Shown piece by piece: positions 1 through 6,981 of a stretch of DNA of 20,000 nt. The notes below the pieces were generated by a model that worked only from the letters and a program-made list of their open reading frames with translations, was not told the origin of the DNA and searched no databases. Source of the DNA: an uncultured virus (IMG/VR IMGVR_UViG_3300037993_000804) (taxonomy: Duplodnaviria; Heunggongvirae; Uroviricota; Caudoviricetes). Made by a program: the position numbers and the translations under genes. Numbering within the stretch: position 1 is the stretch's first letter; every line of letters starts with the position of its first letter. The stretch is taken from IMG/VR virus record IMGVR_UViG_3300037993_000804; one strand, given 5' to 3'.

Positions 1-1
1 T

Positions 2-757
2 TTGACCGCTATTCAGACGGCCTTCACCGGCCGCATTTACTCGATTGACCTGTTTACGCTCTACCGGGCCATTGCCGGCAATTATTCGACCAATCCCTCG
101 ATTGTGGCCGGCGCCGCCGGTCTTTCCGTCGAGCAGGACTTTGTCAGCAAGGTTGGCGCCATCGGTCCTTTCGGCCGTTTCAACTGGGTGGGAGACACCT
201 ACTCGATAGTTTATAATCAGGAAATTGCCAGCGCACTGGCCGGCGTACCGGCATTATCCGCCTTTTGGCCGGGCTGGTCGGAATTTACCCAGGCCCTGCA
301 GAACGATGCCAACCAGCAGGCGCATCCTTTCCAGTGGCCGGGCTTCGAATATGCCCTGCCGGTGACTGCGGCCCAGCCCTACGGCAATAACGACCTGATT
401 CTCTACATCATCTACCGGGGCGACGTGGACTCGATGGTCAACCTGCTCACCCTGCTCTCCCAGTATATGCCGGAAATGCTGCCGATAATGCCGGTGACCT
501 TCAATGACCTGAACGGCATTTTTACATTATACGGGGAATGGGTCAACGAGCGTTTCAACGGGGTCGCCGCCAGCAATAACGCCCGCATCATGGCCAAAGT
601 GGTGTTATTGGCCGACTATCGCTGGTACTTGCTCCTGGGCGATCTTCTGGCTATGATAAGTTCAGACTACCTCGCGCCAGGCTTTACCAATGGTCTTTCC
701 CAGATTGCTACCGTTATCCGTCAGGAAGCGGAGCAGATTAAAATAACAGGAGGCTAG
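2..757 (+). CDS. Hypothetical protein, probably 5'-truncated by the window edge
   Basis: Frame open from the window start to TAG 755-757, GC3-rich codons; no motif recognised. Confidence 0.75.
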   Translation: MTAIQTAFTGRIYSIDLFTLYRAIAGNYSTNPSIVAGAAGLSVEQDFVSKVGAIGPFGRFNWVGDTYSIVYNQEIASALAGVPALSAFWPGWSEFTQALQNDANQQAHPFQWPGFEYALPVTAAQPYGNNDLILYIIYRGDVDSMVNLLTLLSQYMPEMLPIMPVTFNDLNGIFTLYGEWVNERFNGVAASNNARIMAKVVLLADYRWYLLLGDLLAMISSDYLAPGFTNGLSQIATVIRQEAEQIKITGG

Positions 758-762
758 TAATT

Positions 763-993
763 ATGGATCCCCTACAAGAAGTTCTACAACAGGCAACCAA
801 TCTCCGGGCAATGGTCAACCAGCAGATCGCCAAGCTGCCCGCCCCCAGTCCGGCCCGGGACGCTTTTCTCGATGTCGACCGGCAGCTGGCCAACGTCGAG
901 ACCAAGATACGGACTACCATGCCGAAACCGCCTTCTTGGCCATCGGTCAATGGCAAACTGGGCTCACTTCCCAAACTTCCCGGTATGCATTAA
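763..993 (+). CDS. Small hypothetical protein (helical, Pro-rich tail)
   Basis: AGGAGG at 748-753, ATG 763, 76 aa. Confidence 0.75.
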   Translation: MDPLQEVLQQATNLRAMVNQQIAKLPAPSPARDAFLDVDRQLANVETKIRTTMPKPPSWPSVNGKLGSLPKLPGMH

Positions 994-1006
994 CGAGGTT
1001 AGCGAG

Positions 1007-1342
1007 ATGACGCACGATTGGACGCTCGGTCAGGATAAAGCCCGTTACAAAGTTGGGGACAAGGTCCAGTTCATGTTTCACGGGTCCTGGCAGATTGGTG
1101 ATGTCACCCAGGTCAAATACAGTGAATACAAGGGTCAGGGCTGGCAATATTATGTCCGGTCATGGACTGGCGCCGAGTGGTATTCCCAAAGACAGTTAAG
1201 ACCTTATGTGGCCGATACAGCGCCCCAGGCTGCCGGCCGGTGTTCCCAGTGTGGAGGGACCCTGCAGGAATTACCGCGAGATCCGGGACAAACGCAGCGG
1301 GTGTACAAGTGTACGTCCTGCAACCGGGTGTTTTGGAGTTAA
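1007..1342 (+). CDS. SH3/KOW-like beta protein with C-terminal zinc ribbon
   Basis: GAGG upstream of ATG 1007; YKVGDKVQF...W.IG.V motif; CSQC...CTSC. Confidence 0.7.
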   Translation: MTHDWTLGQDKARYKVGDKVQFMFHGSWQIGDVTQVKYSEYKGQGWQYYVRSWTGAEWYSQRQLRPYVADTAPQAAGRCSQCGGTLQELPRDPGQTQRVYKCTSCNRVFWS

Positions 1343-1344
1343 AG

Positions 1345-1620
1345 ATGGCCGATAAAGACGTTAAAACCATGTCCGACATTGACCTCGCCTTCGAGTACCG
1401 GGCGCTTTCTAAGGCACCTTATCGGAGTGACCGTCTTATCGTGGTGGAAAATGAGATAGGCGAACGTTCCCGGGCGCAGTACGGCAAGAGTGGATTCTTG
1501 GACTTTGCCGCCATCAGAGAATATCGGGAACGGGGCCCGGCGCCGGTGATCGAAAATATGGTTAAACGGGATGAACAAAAGGTCAAGAAATTATTCCAGA
1601 ATTTATTCGGGAGGAGCTAA
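1345..1620 (+). CDS. Hypothetical protein
   Basis: GGAG upstream of ATG 1345; stop overlaps next ATG (TAATG). Confidence 0.7.
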   Translation: MADKDVKTMSDIDLAFEYRALSKAPYRSDRLIVVENEIGERSRAQYGKSGFLDFAAIREYRERGPAPVIENMVKRDEQKVKKLFQNLFGRS

Positions 1621-2531
1621 TGCCAGTACGCCGCGCCAAGCCCCCGGGTGAATTTATCGCCCAGCATATGCGTGATGTCGGAGGGATTGATTACCCCCAG
1701 AACGTTCACCGCGAGTACAAGAGCTACCTGCGGTCGCAGGGACTGAAAAACCTGCCCTGCAGAGCAACTATGTCGCACTACTTTTGGCTGGCCAACAAGA
1801 TGGGCTTAATCGTCTTCGACCATTCCGAAAGTCCGGTCTACTGGGACGGACTGCTGAACTTTCCCCGAACAACCCGTCGGGCGGTCCGGCAATCCCGGCC
1901 GCTGGCGCCATCCCCACGCTACTATTACAAGATCATCGATCCAGACGACCCGCGCTGGCTCAGGTTAGAGACCAGCCACCGGCAGGAAATCGGCATCCCG
2001 GTACCGCCCGCTTTCCCGCGGTCGCCGGTCGAAGAACTGACGCCCGAAGAAGAAGAAGCCGTGGTCGAAGAGGTCGAGGTGCCGGTCAAGCCGAAGACCC
2101 GGAAGGAACGGGTGAAGAAGGCCAAGAAAGAGATCATCGAGAAGGTCAAGAAACCGAGCTCCGCCGATGTGGCCACGGCCGCCGCGCAACCCTTCGAGGA
2201 CGGATTCAAGAAGATCTCGGCCGAACTGGACCTGCTCGGGGTCAATCCCACTATTGCGGCGGTGGAGAAGATCGAGAATGACGTTGCCGACCTGGGCGGT
2301 AAGCTGCTGGATACCCTGGAGGGCAAGAAGGGTCTGCTGCGGGACCGGTTGCTCCTGGAGAATAGCAAGTTGACCCGGGTTGTCGAAGATCTGCCGCTGG
2401 TCCGTAATTCCCTCACCTCAATGCTCAATGAGCGATTACCGGCGCGCCGGGTTAGTTACCGGCAGTCGCTGGATAATGCTATCCGGGTGGTCAAAGAAGA
2501 CCTGGCCAGACCGCCCGAGGAGGCCGGATGA
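1620..2531 (+). CDS. Hypothetical protein, possible N-terminal winged-helix DNA-binding domain plus helical C-terminus
   Basis: GGAGGAG RBS; 303 aa; helix-helix-GLI..-PRYYYKI pattern reminiscent of wHTH; charged linker; amphipathic helices. Confidence 0.7.
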   Translation: MPVRRAKPPGEFIAQHMRDVGGIDYPQNVHREYKSYLRSQGLKNLPCRATMSHYFWLANKMGLIVFDHSESPVYWDGLLNFPRTTRRAVRQSRPLAPSPRYYYKIIDPDDPRWLRLETSHRQEIGIPVPPAFPRSPVEELTPEEEEAVVEEVEVPVKPKTRKERVKKAKKEIIEKVKKPSSADVATAAAQPFEDGFKKISAELDLLGVNPTIAAVEKIENDVADLGGKLLDTLEGKKGLLRDRLLLENSKLTRVVEDLPLVRNSLTSMLNERLPARRVSYRQSLDNAIRVVKEDLARPPEEAG

Positions 2532-2860
2532 TGAAGGGTAAGTTAGCAGTAGTGTTAACGGTATTGTTAGCACTGTTAGTATTATGCTTCTCATCGTGTG
2601 CCAGCAAGCCCGTAAACACGACGGCTCTGCCGGAACCCGGCAATATTTCCCTTCAGTTGCAAGAAGACCTGCTCGAATACAATTATCCCTATTCCGAGGT
2701 ATCGGTTGCCGAGAGGGAGCAGTTAGCGCAATACGAGACCAGTACGCTGGAGGAACAGATCGCCAATTTCCAGCCTGATCAAGGCTACACCTTGAATTAT
2801 CTCCAAAATGCACTGGCCAACATGAAGAAGCTCGACGGCATCCAGCCTACTACAAAATAA
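2528..2860 (+). CDS. Predicted lipoprotein
   Basis: MMKGK + hydrophobic stretch + FSS-C lipobox-like site; GAGGAGG RBS. Confidence 0.7.
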   Translation: MMKGKLAVVLTVLLALLVLCFSSCASKPVNTTALPEPGNISLQLQEDLLEYNYPYSEVSVAEREQLAQYETSTLEEQIANFQPDQGYTLNYLQNALANMKKLDGIQPTTK

Positions 2861-2873
2861 GGGGGTGATCAAT

Positions 2874-3251
2874 ATGGTATCACCAGCTTGGCTCGATAAA
2901 ACACCTCCCAGTGATGAAGAAGTCGCGGCCGTCATCAATGCTTCGGGATTACAGCCGTTCAAGCCGATGTTCTTCCCGGAAAGAGAAGTACCGGCGTATG
3001 AGGGGCCCAACCGCAGCAAGCGCGGTCCTGATGCCCAACGTCAGCAGTGGATCGGGCCGTACTACATCGCCATGGAGCGCCGCGGGGAGAATTCCCAAAT
3101 CAAACTATGGCTCTATGACTTCAGCCGAGGAGCTCTCAATCTGAAGGCAACCTGGTCGGGATTCGGTAGACTGGAGACCGACCGGCAGTTTAATAACGTC
3201 GCGGATTATGCTAAGGCGGCCATTATCGCCAGAACGCAGAAGAAGTTGTAA
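2874..3251 (+). CDS. Hypothetical protein
   Basis: AAGGGGGTG RBS before ATG 2874; stop overlaps next start. Confidence 0.7.
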   Translation: MVSPAWLDKTPPSDEEVAAVINASGLQPFKPMFFPEREVPAYEGPNRSKRGPDAQRQQWIGPYYIAMERRGENSQIKLWLYDFSRGALNLKATWSGFGRLETDRQFNNVADYAKAAIIARTQKKL

Positions 3252-3481
3252 TGGACATCAAGGGCAGGCGTGTTTATCCCAAAGAAGGTGAATCGTTCCT
3301 GTGCAATATGCAGCCGGGCGATTACGGCCTCGATGGCAACGGTCTGTGGGCGGTTTATTCCCCGATCGAAGGTGTCGGACCGGGCTATATTCCCAAGCAT
3401 ACCGTCATCGAACACCCGGATGGCACGATTACCGTCTCGCCGTCCATCTTGATCAGCGGGGGCGACAATTACCCGAGTTAG
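3251..3481 (+). CDS. Small protein resembling the DUF6527-like 'TITVSPSIL' family, apparently truncated by an in-frame TAG
   Basis: HTVIEHPDGTITVSPSILI motif; TAG 3479-3481 followed in frame by VWTQVP-TAA (3500-3502). Confidence 0.55.
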   Translation: MDIKGRRVYPKEGESFLCNMQPGDYGLDGNGLWAVYSPIEGVGPGYIPKHTVIEHPDGTITVSPSILISGGDNYPS

Positions 3482-3512
3482 GTGTGGACACAGGTCCCAT
3501 AAGGAGGCTGAC

Positions 3513-3746
3513 ATGCAGAATTGGAATTTGGGAGCGATAGGGTCGGGGCGTTCTTCGATCCCAACCCGGGAAGACTACCAGGCCGCCAGAGTTCTGGAGG
3601 GATTGAAGCTGCCCGCTATACGGAAAGCCGAGACCTCTGCCGCCCAGGCTAAAATGAAGTTCGATCAGGGATTATTAGCCGAGAGCGACTACATTAATAT
3701 CTGTTATCAGGCCTGGTTATTAGCCAAGGCCGATACGCGGAGTTAA
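3513..3746 (+). CDS. Small hypothetical protein
   Basis: TAAGGAGG RBS, ATG 3513, 77 aa. Confidence 0.7.
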   Translation: MQNWNLGAIGSGRSSIPTREDYQAARVLEGLKLPAIRKAETSAAQAKMKFDQGLLAESDYINICYQAWLLAKADTRS

Positions 3747-3747
3747 T

Positions 3748-4113
3748 ATGGAAGAGTGCCCGTTCCGGAGCGATCCGGTTATCAGATATTGCGGAGATCC
3801 GCTGCCGCCGGACTTCATTTCTTGCCCGACGTGTGGACGTACCCATCTGCGCGACCCGAAGACGAATAATCCTGCCCCTTTCATCCGGTTTGCCGCCAGG
3901 GTGCAGCGGGCCGTCCAGAAGCTCGGCCTGCCGGTCACCGTCGCCGTCATGGGCTGTGAGGTTAATGGTCCCGGCGAAGCGAAAAACGCCGATATCGGTA
4001 TCGCCATGGGAGTCGGGAGAGCTGCCATCTTCAAGAAGGGGAAAATCCTGAAAACCGTACCAATGGAACAAGCGTTCGATATTCTCATGGAGGAGGTTCG
4101 CCGGACATGGTAG
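3748..4113 (+). CDS. ispG: Stand-alone IspG/GcpE C-terminal [4Fe-4S]-binding domain protein (no TIM barrel)
   Basis: ISCPTCGRT...VAVMGCEVNGPGEAKNADIGIA...IFKKGK: three Cys plus the Glu ligand of IspG; only 121 aa. Confidence 0.85.
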   Translation: MEECPFRSDPVIRYCGDPLPPDFISCPTCGRTHLRDPKTNNPAPFIRFAARVQRAVQKLGLPVTVAVMGCEVNGPGEAKNADIGIAMGVGRAAIFKKGKILKTVPMEQAFDILMEEVRRTW

Positions 4114-4324
4114 CTGTAAATCCCTATTCAGTTACTACGGTCCGGGTACGGAGATCCTCCAGGTAAGTTACGACCCGAAGAACGTGGTCAGCGACCTGGG
4201 GGCAGACGGCCGGTTTGTCGTCAACCCCGAATCCACCCGGGAAATCGGCCAAGATTTGCTGGCGCCGGTGAAGGGGCTGCTGGCCAAGGCTGCCAGGTCA
4301 TACCACCAGCGATACGACCGCTAA
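4107..4324 (+). pseudogene. Probable frameshifted small gene
   Basis: GGAGGAGG + ATG 4107 gives only 19 codons; a different frame (KSLFSYYGPGTEILQVSYDPKNV...YDR, TAA 4322-4324) has coding-like codon usage but no start at its 5' end. Confidence 0.45.
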
Positions 4325-4404
4325 TCTTTACCCCCATTGACTGACATCTATCATTATCTGACACCTTTCTATCACTAACTGCCAGAATCTCACCCATTAT
4401 CACC

Positions 4405-4422
4405 CCATATTGCCCAATATGG
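4405..4422. promoter_or_regulatory. Perfect palindrome, operator-like
   Basis: CCATATTG-CC-CAATATGG. Confidence 0.45.
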
Positions 4423-4537
4423 CTCCAAGTAGCACGAATTAGCTCTAAACGGCTGCGTACAGTGGCCTACGAGGCCATCGTTCACCGGCCAGGGCTATGA
4501 GAAGACCCCTTCGATTAGCCTCAATCCGATTCTGGTA

Positions 4538-4587
4538 TGTTCACTTCTGTTCATCTCTGTTCACCTTTGTACACTCATGTCGCACTA
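4538..4587. repeat. Five degenerate tandem 10-bp units
   Basis: TGTTCActtc TGTTCAtctc TGTTCAcctt TGTACActca TGTCGCacta. Confidence 0.7.
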
Positions 4588-4702
4588 TCCCCTTTCTATC
4601 CCGCTGGCTGTCAAAGAGACCCCTTAACTGCGCCCTTTAGGTCGAGGCTAAAGGCGTTAAATCAAGCTGTATTTTAACGCGCGCCTAACGTGTGTTGTGC
4701 GC

Positions 4703-4731
4703 TTGACAACGTACTAGCGTTGTTGTATTAT
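4703..4731 (+). promoter_or_regulatory. Sigma70-type promoter
   Basis: TTGACA (4703-4708), 17 bp spacer, TATTAT (4726-4731); overlapped by ACAACG-N6-CGTTGT palindrome. Confidence 0.8.
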
Positions 4732-4826
4732 TATGTTGTGGGATGAAAAAACACACAACCACCAAGCGCAAGGCGCAAGGTGCAAGTGCTAGAATCCATC
4801 CCAAGAAAAAAATAAGGGGGTGTCTA

Positions 4827-5351
4827 ATGGACACAGTCGCGAACGCATCCAGCAAGATGGCCAGTCTCTTGGAACGGATGGAGAAACTCAAGGCGCAGAT
4901 TGAGGAGGAAAAAGGCAAGTCTGCTGCGGAAACAGCCCTGAACACGCTTGGCGCAAGTCTGGCGGGATACTTGACCACTGAGGCCGGGAAGGCCAAAATC
5001 GACCTGAAGGTTTTGTCCGGGAAATTCCTCGCTCTGAAGGTAGACGAGGCCGGGAAACTTTCCATTGAAGTGGCCACCAAGCCGGCGCCGGTCAAGACAA
5101 CGTCCACCACCACCACCACCACCACCACCACGGACAAAACCGGGAAAGTGTACGAGTACGTAGGCGCGGACGGCCAAGTCCTGGGTGATACCGTACAAGC
5201 GGCGATGGACAAGCTGGGCATTGATAAGGCCAGCCGTCCCGGCCATAATCGCTATGACCGCCTATCTGCCGACTGGAAAAAGAAAATCATCCAGCGGGAA
5301 AAAGTGGCCGCCCCTGCCGAGACTCCGGCCAGCCCTGCCGCCACCAACTAG
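4827..5351 (+). CDS. Two-domain Lys/Ala-rich protein with poly-Thr linker, possible nucleoid-associated/DNA-binding protein
   Basis: AAGGGGGTG RBS, ATG 4827; N-terminal coiled coil, TTSTTTTTTTTT linker, small C-terminal domain. Confidence 0.75.
   Translation: MDTVANASSKMASLLERMEKLKAQIEEEKGKSAAETALNTLGASLAGYLTTEAGKAKIDLKVLSGKFLALKVDEAGKLSIEVATKPAPVKTTSTTTTTTTTTDKTGKVYEYVGADGQVLGDTVQAAMDKLGIDKASRPGHNRYDRLSADWKKKIIQREKVAAPAETPASPAATN
5106..5129 (+). repeat. (ACC)8 trinucleotide repeat encoding poly-Thr
   Basis: Eight perfect ACC copies. Confidence 0.9.
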
Positions 5352-5378
5352 GCCAGCGAGGAAAATCGAATAACGCGA

Positions 5379-5402
5379 TAGGCGGAGAGAAATCTCCGCC
5401 TA
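5379..5402 (+). terminator. Stable hairpin after gene 4827-5351 (weak terminator or mRNA stabiliser)
   Basis: TAGGCGGAGA-GAAA-TCTCCGCCTA; lacks a good U-tract. Confidence 0.5.
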
Positions 5403-5407
5403 AACTC

Positions 5408-5500
5408 GTTTCCCGGGCATCTGTCCGGGGACGCCAGTCGGTTGATTGACGCCCCCGGACAGCGGCCTGAGAACCGCTGAAGGGACAGGTCGAGTCCCTG
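5408..5500 (+). promoter_or_regulatory. Long irregular RNA hairpin/structured leader upstream of the AAA+ gene
   Basis: CTGTCCGGGG/CCCCGGACAG core extended by GTTTC/GAAAC; alternative CAGCGG/CCGCTG and AGGGAC/GTCCCT stems. Confidence 0.55.
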
Positions 5501-5528
5501 GTAGCCAATTTTTACCGTGGAGGGAGAG

Positions 5529-6629
5529 ATGCCAGTAACAAAGCATCCCAAGATTCCCTGCGATGTATGCGGATATGAGGCTTGGTCGGATACCGACCTT
5601 GCCAACCATAAGGCCAGCGTACACCAGCAGGGAACTCCCATACAGACACCGCCAACGCCGGAGGCCAAAGCCCCGGAAAAGGTGGTCGTCCCAACTCCCG
5701 CCCCGGCGGCTGTACCCTCAACAGACCCGCCGGCGGGAAAAGTCCCGGAGCCAGCGCCAGAGCTGCCCGCCGGGATTTTCGTGCCTCCGCCCCAGCCGAA
5801 CTTCTGGGTGTCCAAGCCGGTGGCGAAGGAACTCTACATCGTCGGGAAAATGGCCGACCGGGGGGAAATCATCAATGTTAAAGTCCTCGGTCCGGCCGGT
5901 GTCGGCAAAACAACCCTGGGATGGGAATTCGCCGCCTCCCGCAAAAAGCCCTGTTTCGAGGTGCATTGGGGGATGTACCAAGAACCCTCCGAAGTCTGGG
6001 GAAAAGACAGGCTCTCAATGGAACAGGGGACATTCTACGAGCAAGCCCGCTACGTGGATGCCCTGGAAACTCCGGGCTGCGTCATCATCAATGACGAGCC
6101 AAACCGCTGTCCGCCGGAAGTCTTGAACGCCAATTTCGGCCTGTGGGACTGGAGACGGGCGGCATGGGTACACGATTTACGCCGGACAGTCAAGGTGGCG
6201 CCGGGAGTCGTGTTCTTCGCCTGCATGAACCTTGGCGCTGAGTACATCGGGACAAACCCCATGGACAAGGCCATCAAGGAACGGTTCGGCAGGACAATCG
6301 TACTGACTTGGCCGCCGCAAGATGTGGAAAGTCAGATTCTCCAACGGCGTACAGGGGTCAGCAAGGAAGTGGCCGACAAGCTATCGCGGTTTGCCCGGGA
6401 TATCCGCCGCGACCCGAAGATTACTGTCCGGCCATCCACACGTCAACTGCTGGTGGCAGCCGAAGATGTAGTGGAAGGGCTGCCCATCCAAGAGGCCGTG
6501 ATGTACGCCATCATCAACGATTTGGATGAAGATGTTGACCGGAAAACGCTTCTCCAGCACTTGCAGGTTATCGGCAAGGTGGATGAGGCATGGGTCAACG
6601 GGGAGGCGACGGATGAAGATGATAGTTGA
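5529..6629 (+). CDS. MoxR/CbbQ/NirQ/CobS-type AAA+ ATPase with N-terminal C2H2 zinc finger
   Basis: Walker A GPAGVGKT, Walker B IINDEPNR, sensor MN..., MDKAIKERF, STRQL; C-x2-C-x12-H-x4-H at N-terminus; GGAGGGAG RBS. Confidence 0.9.
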   Translation: MPVTKHPKIPCDVCGYEAWSDTDLANHKASVHQQGTPIQTPPTPEAKAPEKVVVPTPAPAAVPSTDPPAGKVPEPAPELPAGIFVPPPQPNFWVSKPVAKELYIVGKMADRGEIINVKVLGPAGVGKTTLGWEFAASRKKPCFEVHWGMYQEPSEVWGKDRLSMEQGTFYEQARYVDALETPGCVIINDEPNRCPPEVLNANFGLWDWRRAAWVHDLRRTVKVAPGVVFFACMNLGAEYIGTNPMDKAIKERFGRTIVLTWPPQDVESQILQRRTGVSKEVADKLSRFARDIRRDPKITVRPSTRQLLVAAEDVVEGLPIQEAVMYAIINDLDEDVDRKTLLQHLQVIGKVDEAWVNGEATDEDDS

Positions 6630-6981
6630 TGAATCCGTCCGCAAGGCACGCATCGCCGAACTGGAGAAAGAACTCGCCCACGTCATGCGGGATATTGACG
6701 AGACAGCCCGGATTGACCAGCGGGTGGGACTGGTGGAAAGTGCCTTTGCCAAGCTCAAGGCCGTCATGTTCTCCACGCTCACGCCTGACGAGCTGGCCGC
6801 AATCAACGGCGCATACATTTTCCTGCACAATGATGGAATTGACCTTGTACGGTCGATTCCCGATAAGACCAGTCAGGGTGAGGATATCGCCCTGCTGAAA
6901 GATTTGAAAATCGGGGACGAACTGGTCGAACTCGATGCACTGAAGGAGGCCGACAATGAAGCGGGACAGAAACCTATCTGA
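6613..6981 (+). CDS. Hypothetical protein between AAA+ and VWA genes
   Basis: GGAGG 6602-6606, ATG 6613; overlaps both neighbours; N-terminal coiled coil. Confidence 0.7.
   Translation: MKMIVDESVRKARIAELEKELAHVMRDIDETARIDQRVGLVESAFAKLKAVMFSTLTPDELAAINGAYIFLHNDGIDLVRSIPDKTSQGEDIALLKDLKIGDELVELDALKEADNEAGQKPI

Noticed and set aside
3479..3481. Genome-wide TAG recoding
   Set aside because: Other TAG codons (755, 4111, 5349, 16014, 18676) sit at natural gene ends.
4538..4587. Possible CRISPR array
   Set aside because: 10-bp period with no spacers; no cas genes.
4580..4614. Leftward promoter from minus-strand TTGACA at 4609-4614
   Set aside because: No convincing -10 at proper spacing and no minus-strand gene to drive.
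4743..4826. Upstream start at 4743 for the 4827 gene
   Set aside because: Strong RBS precedes ATG 4827; 4743 lies just after the predicted transcription start.
5482..5508. tRNA-like 3' end (CAGGTCGAGTCCCTGGTAGCCA)
   Set aside because: No TTC T-loop, and no acceptor, D or anticodon arms can be built.
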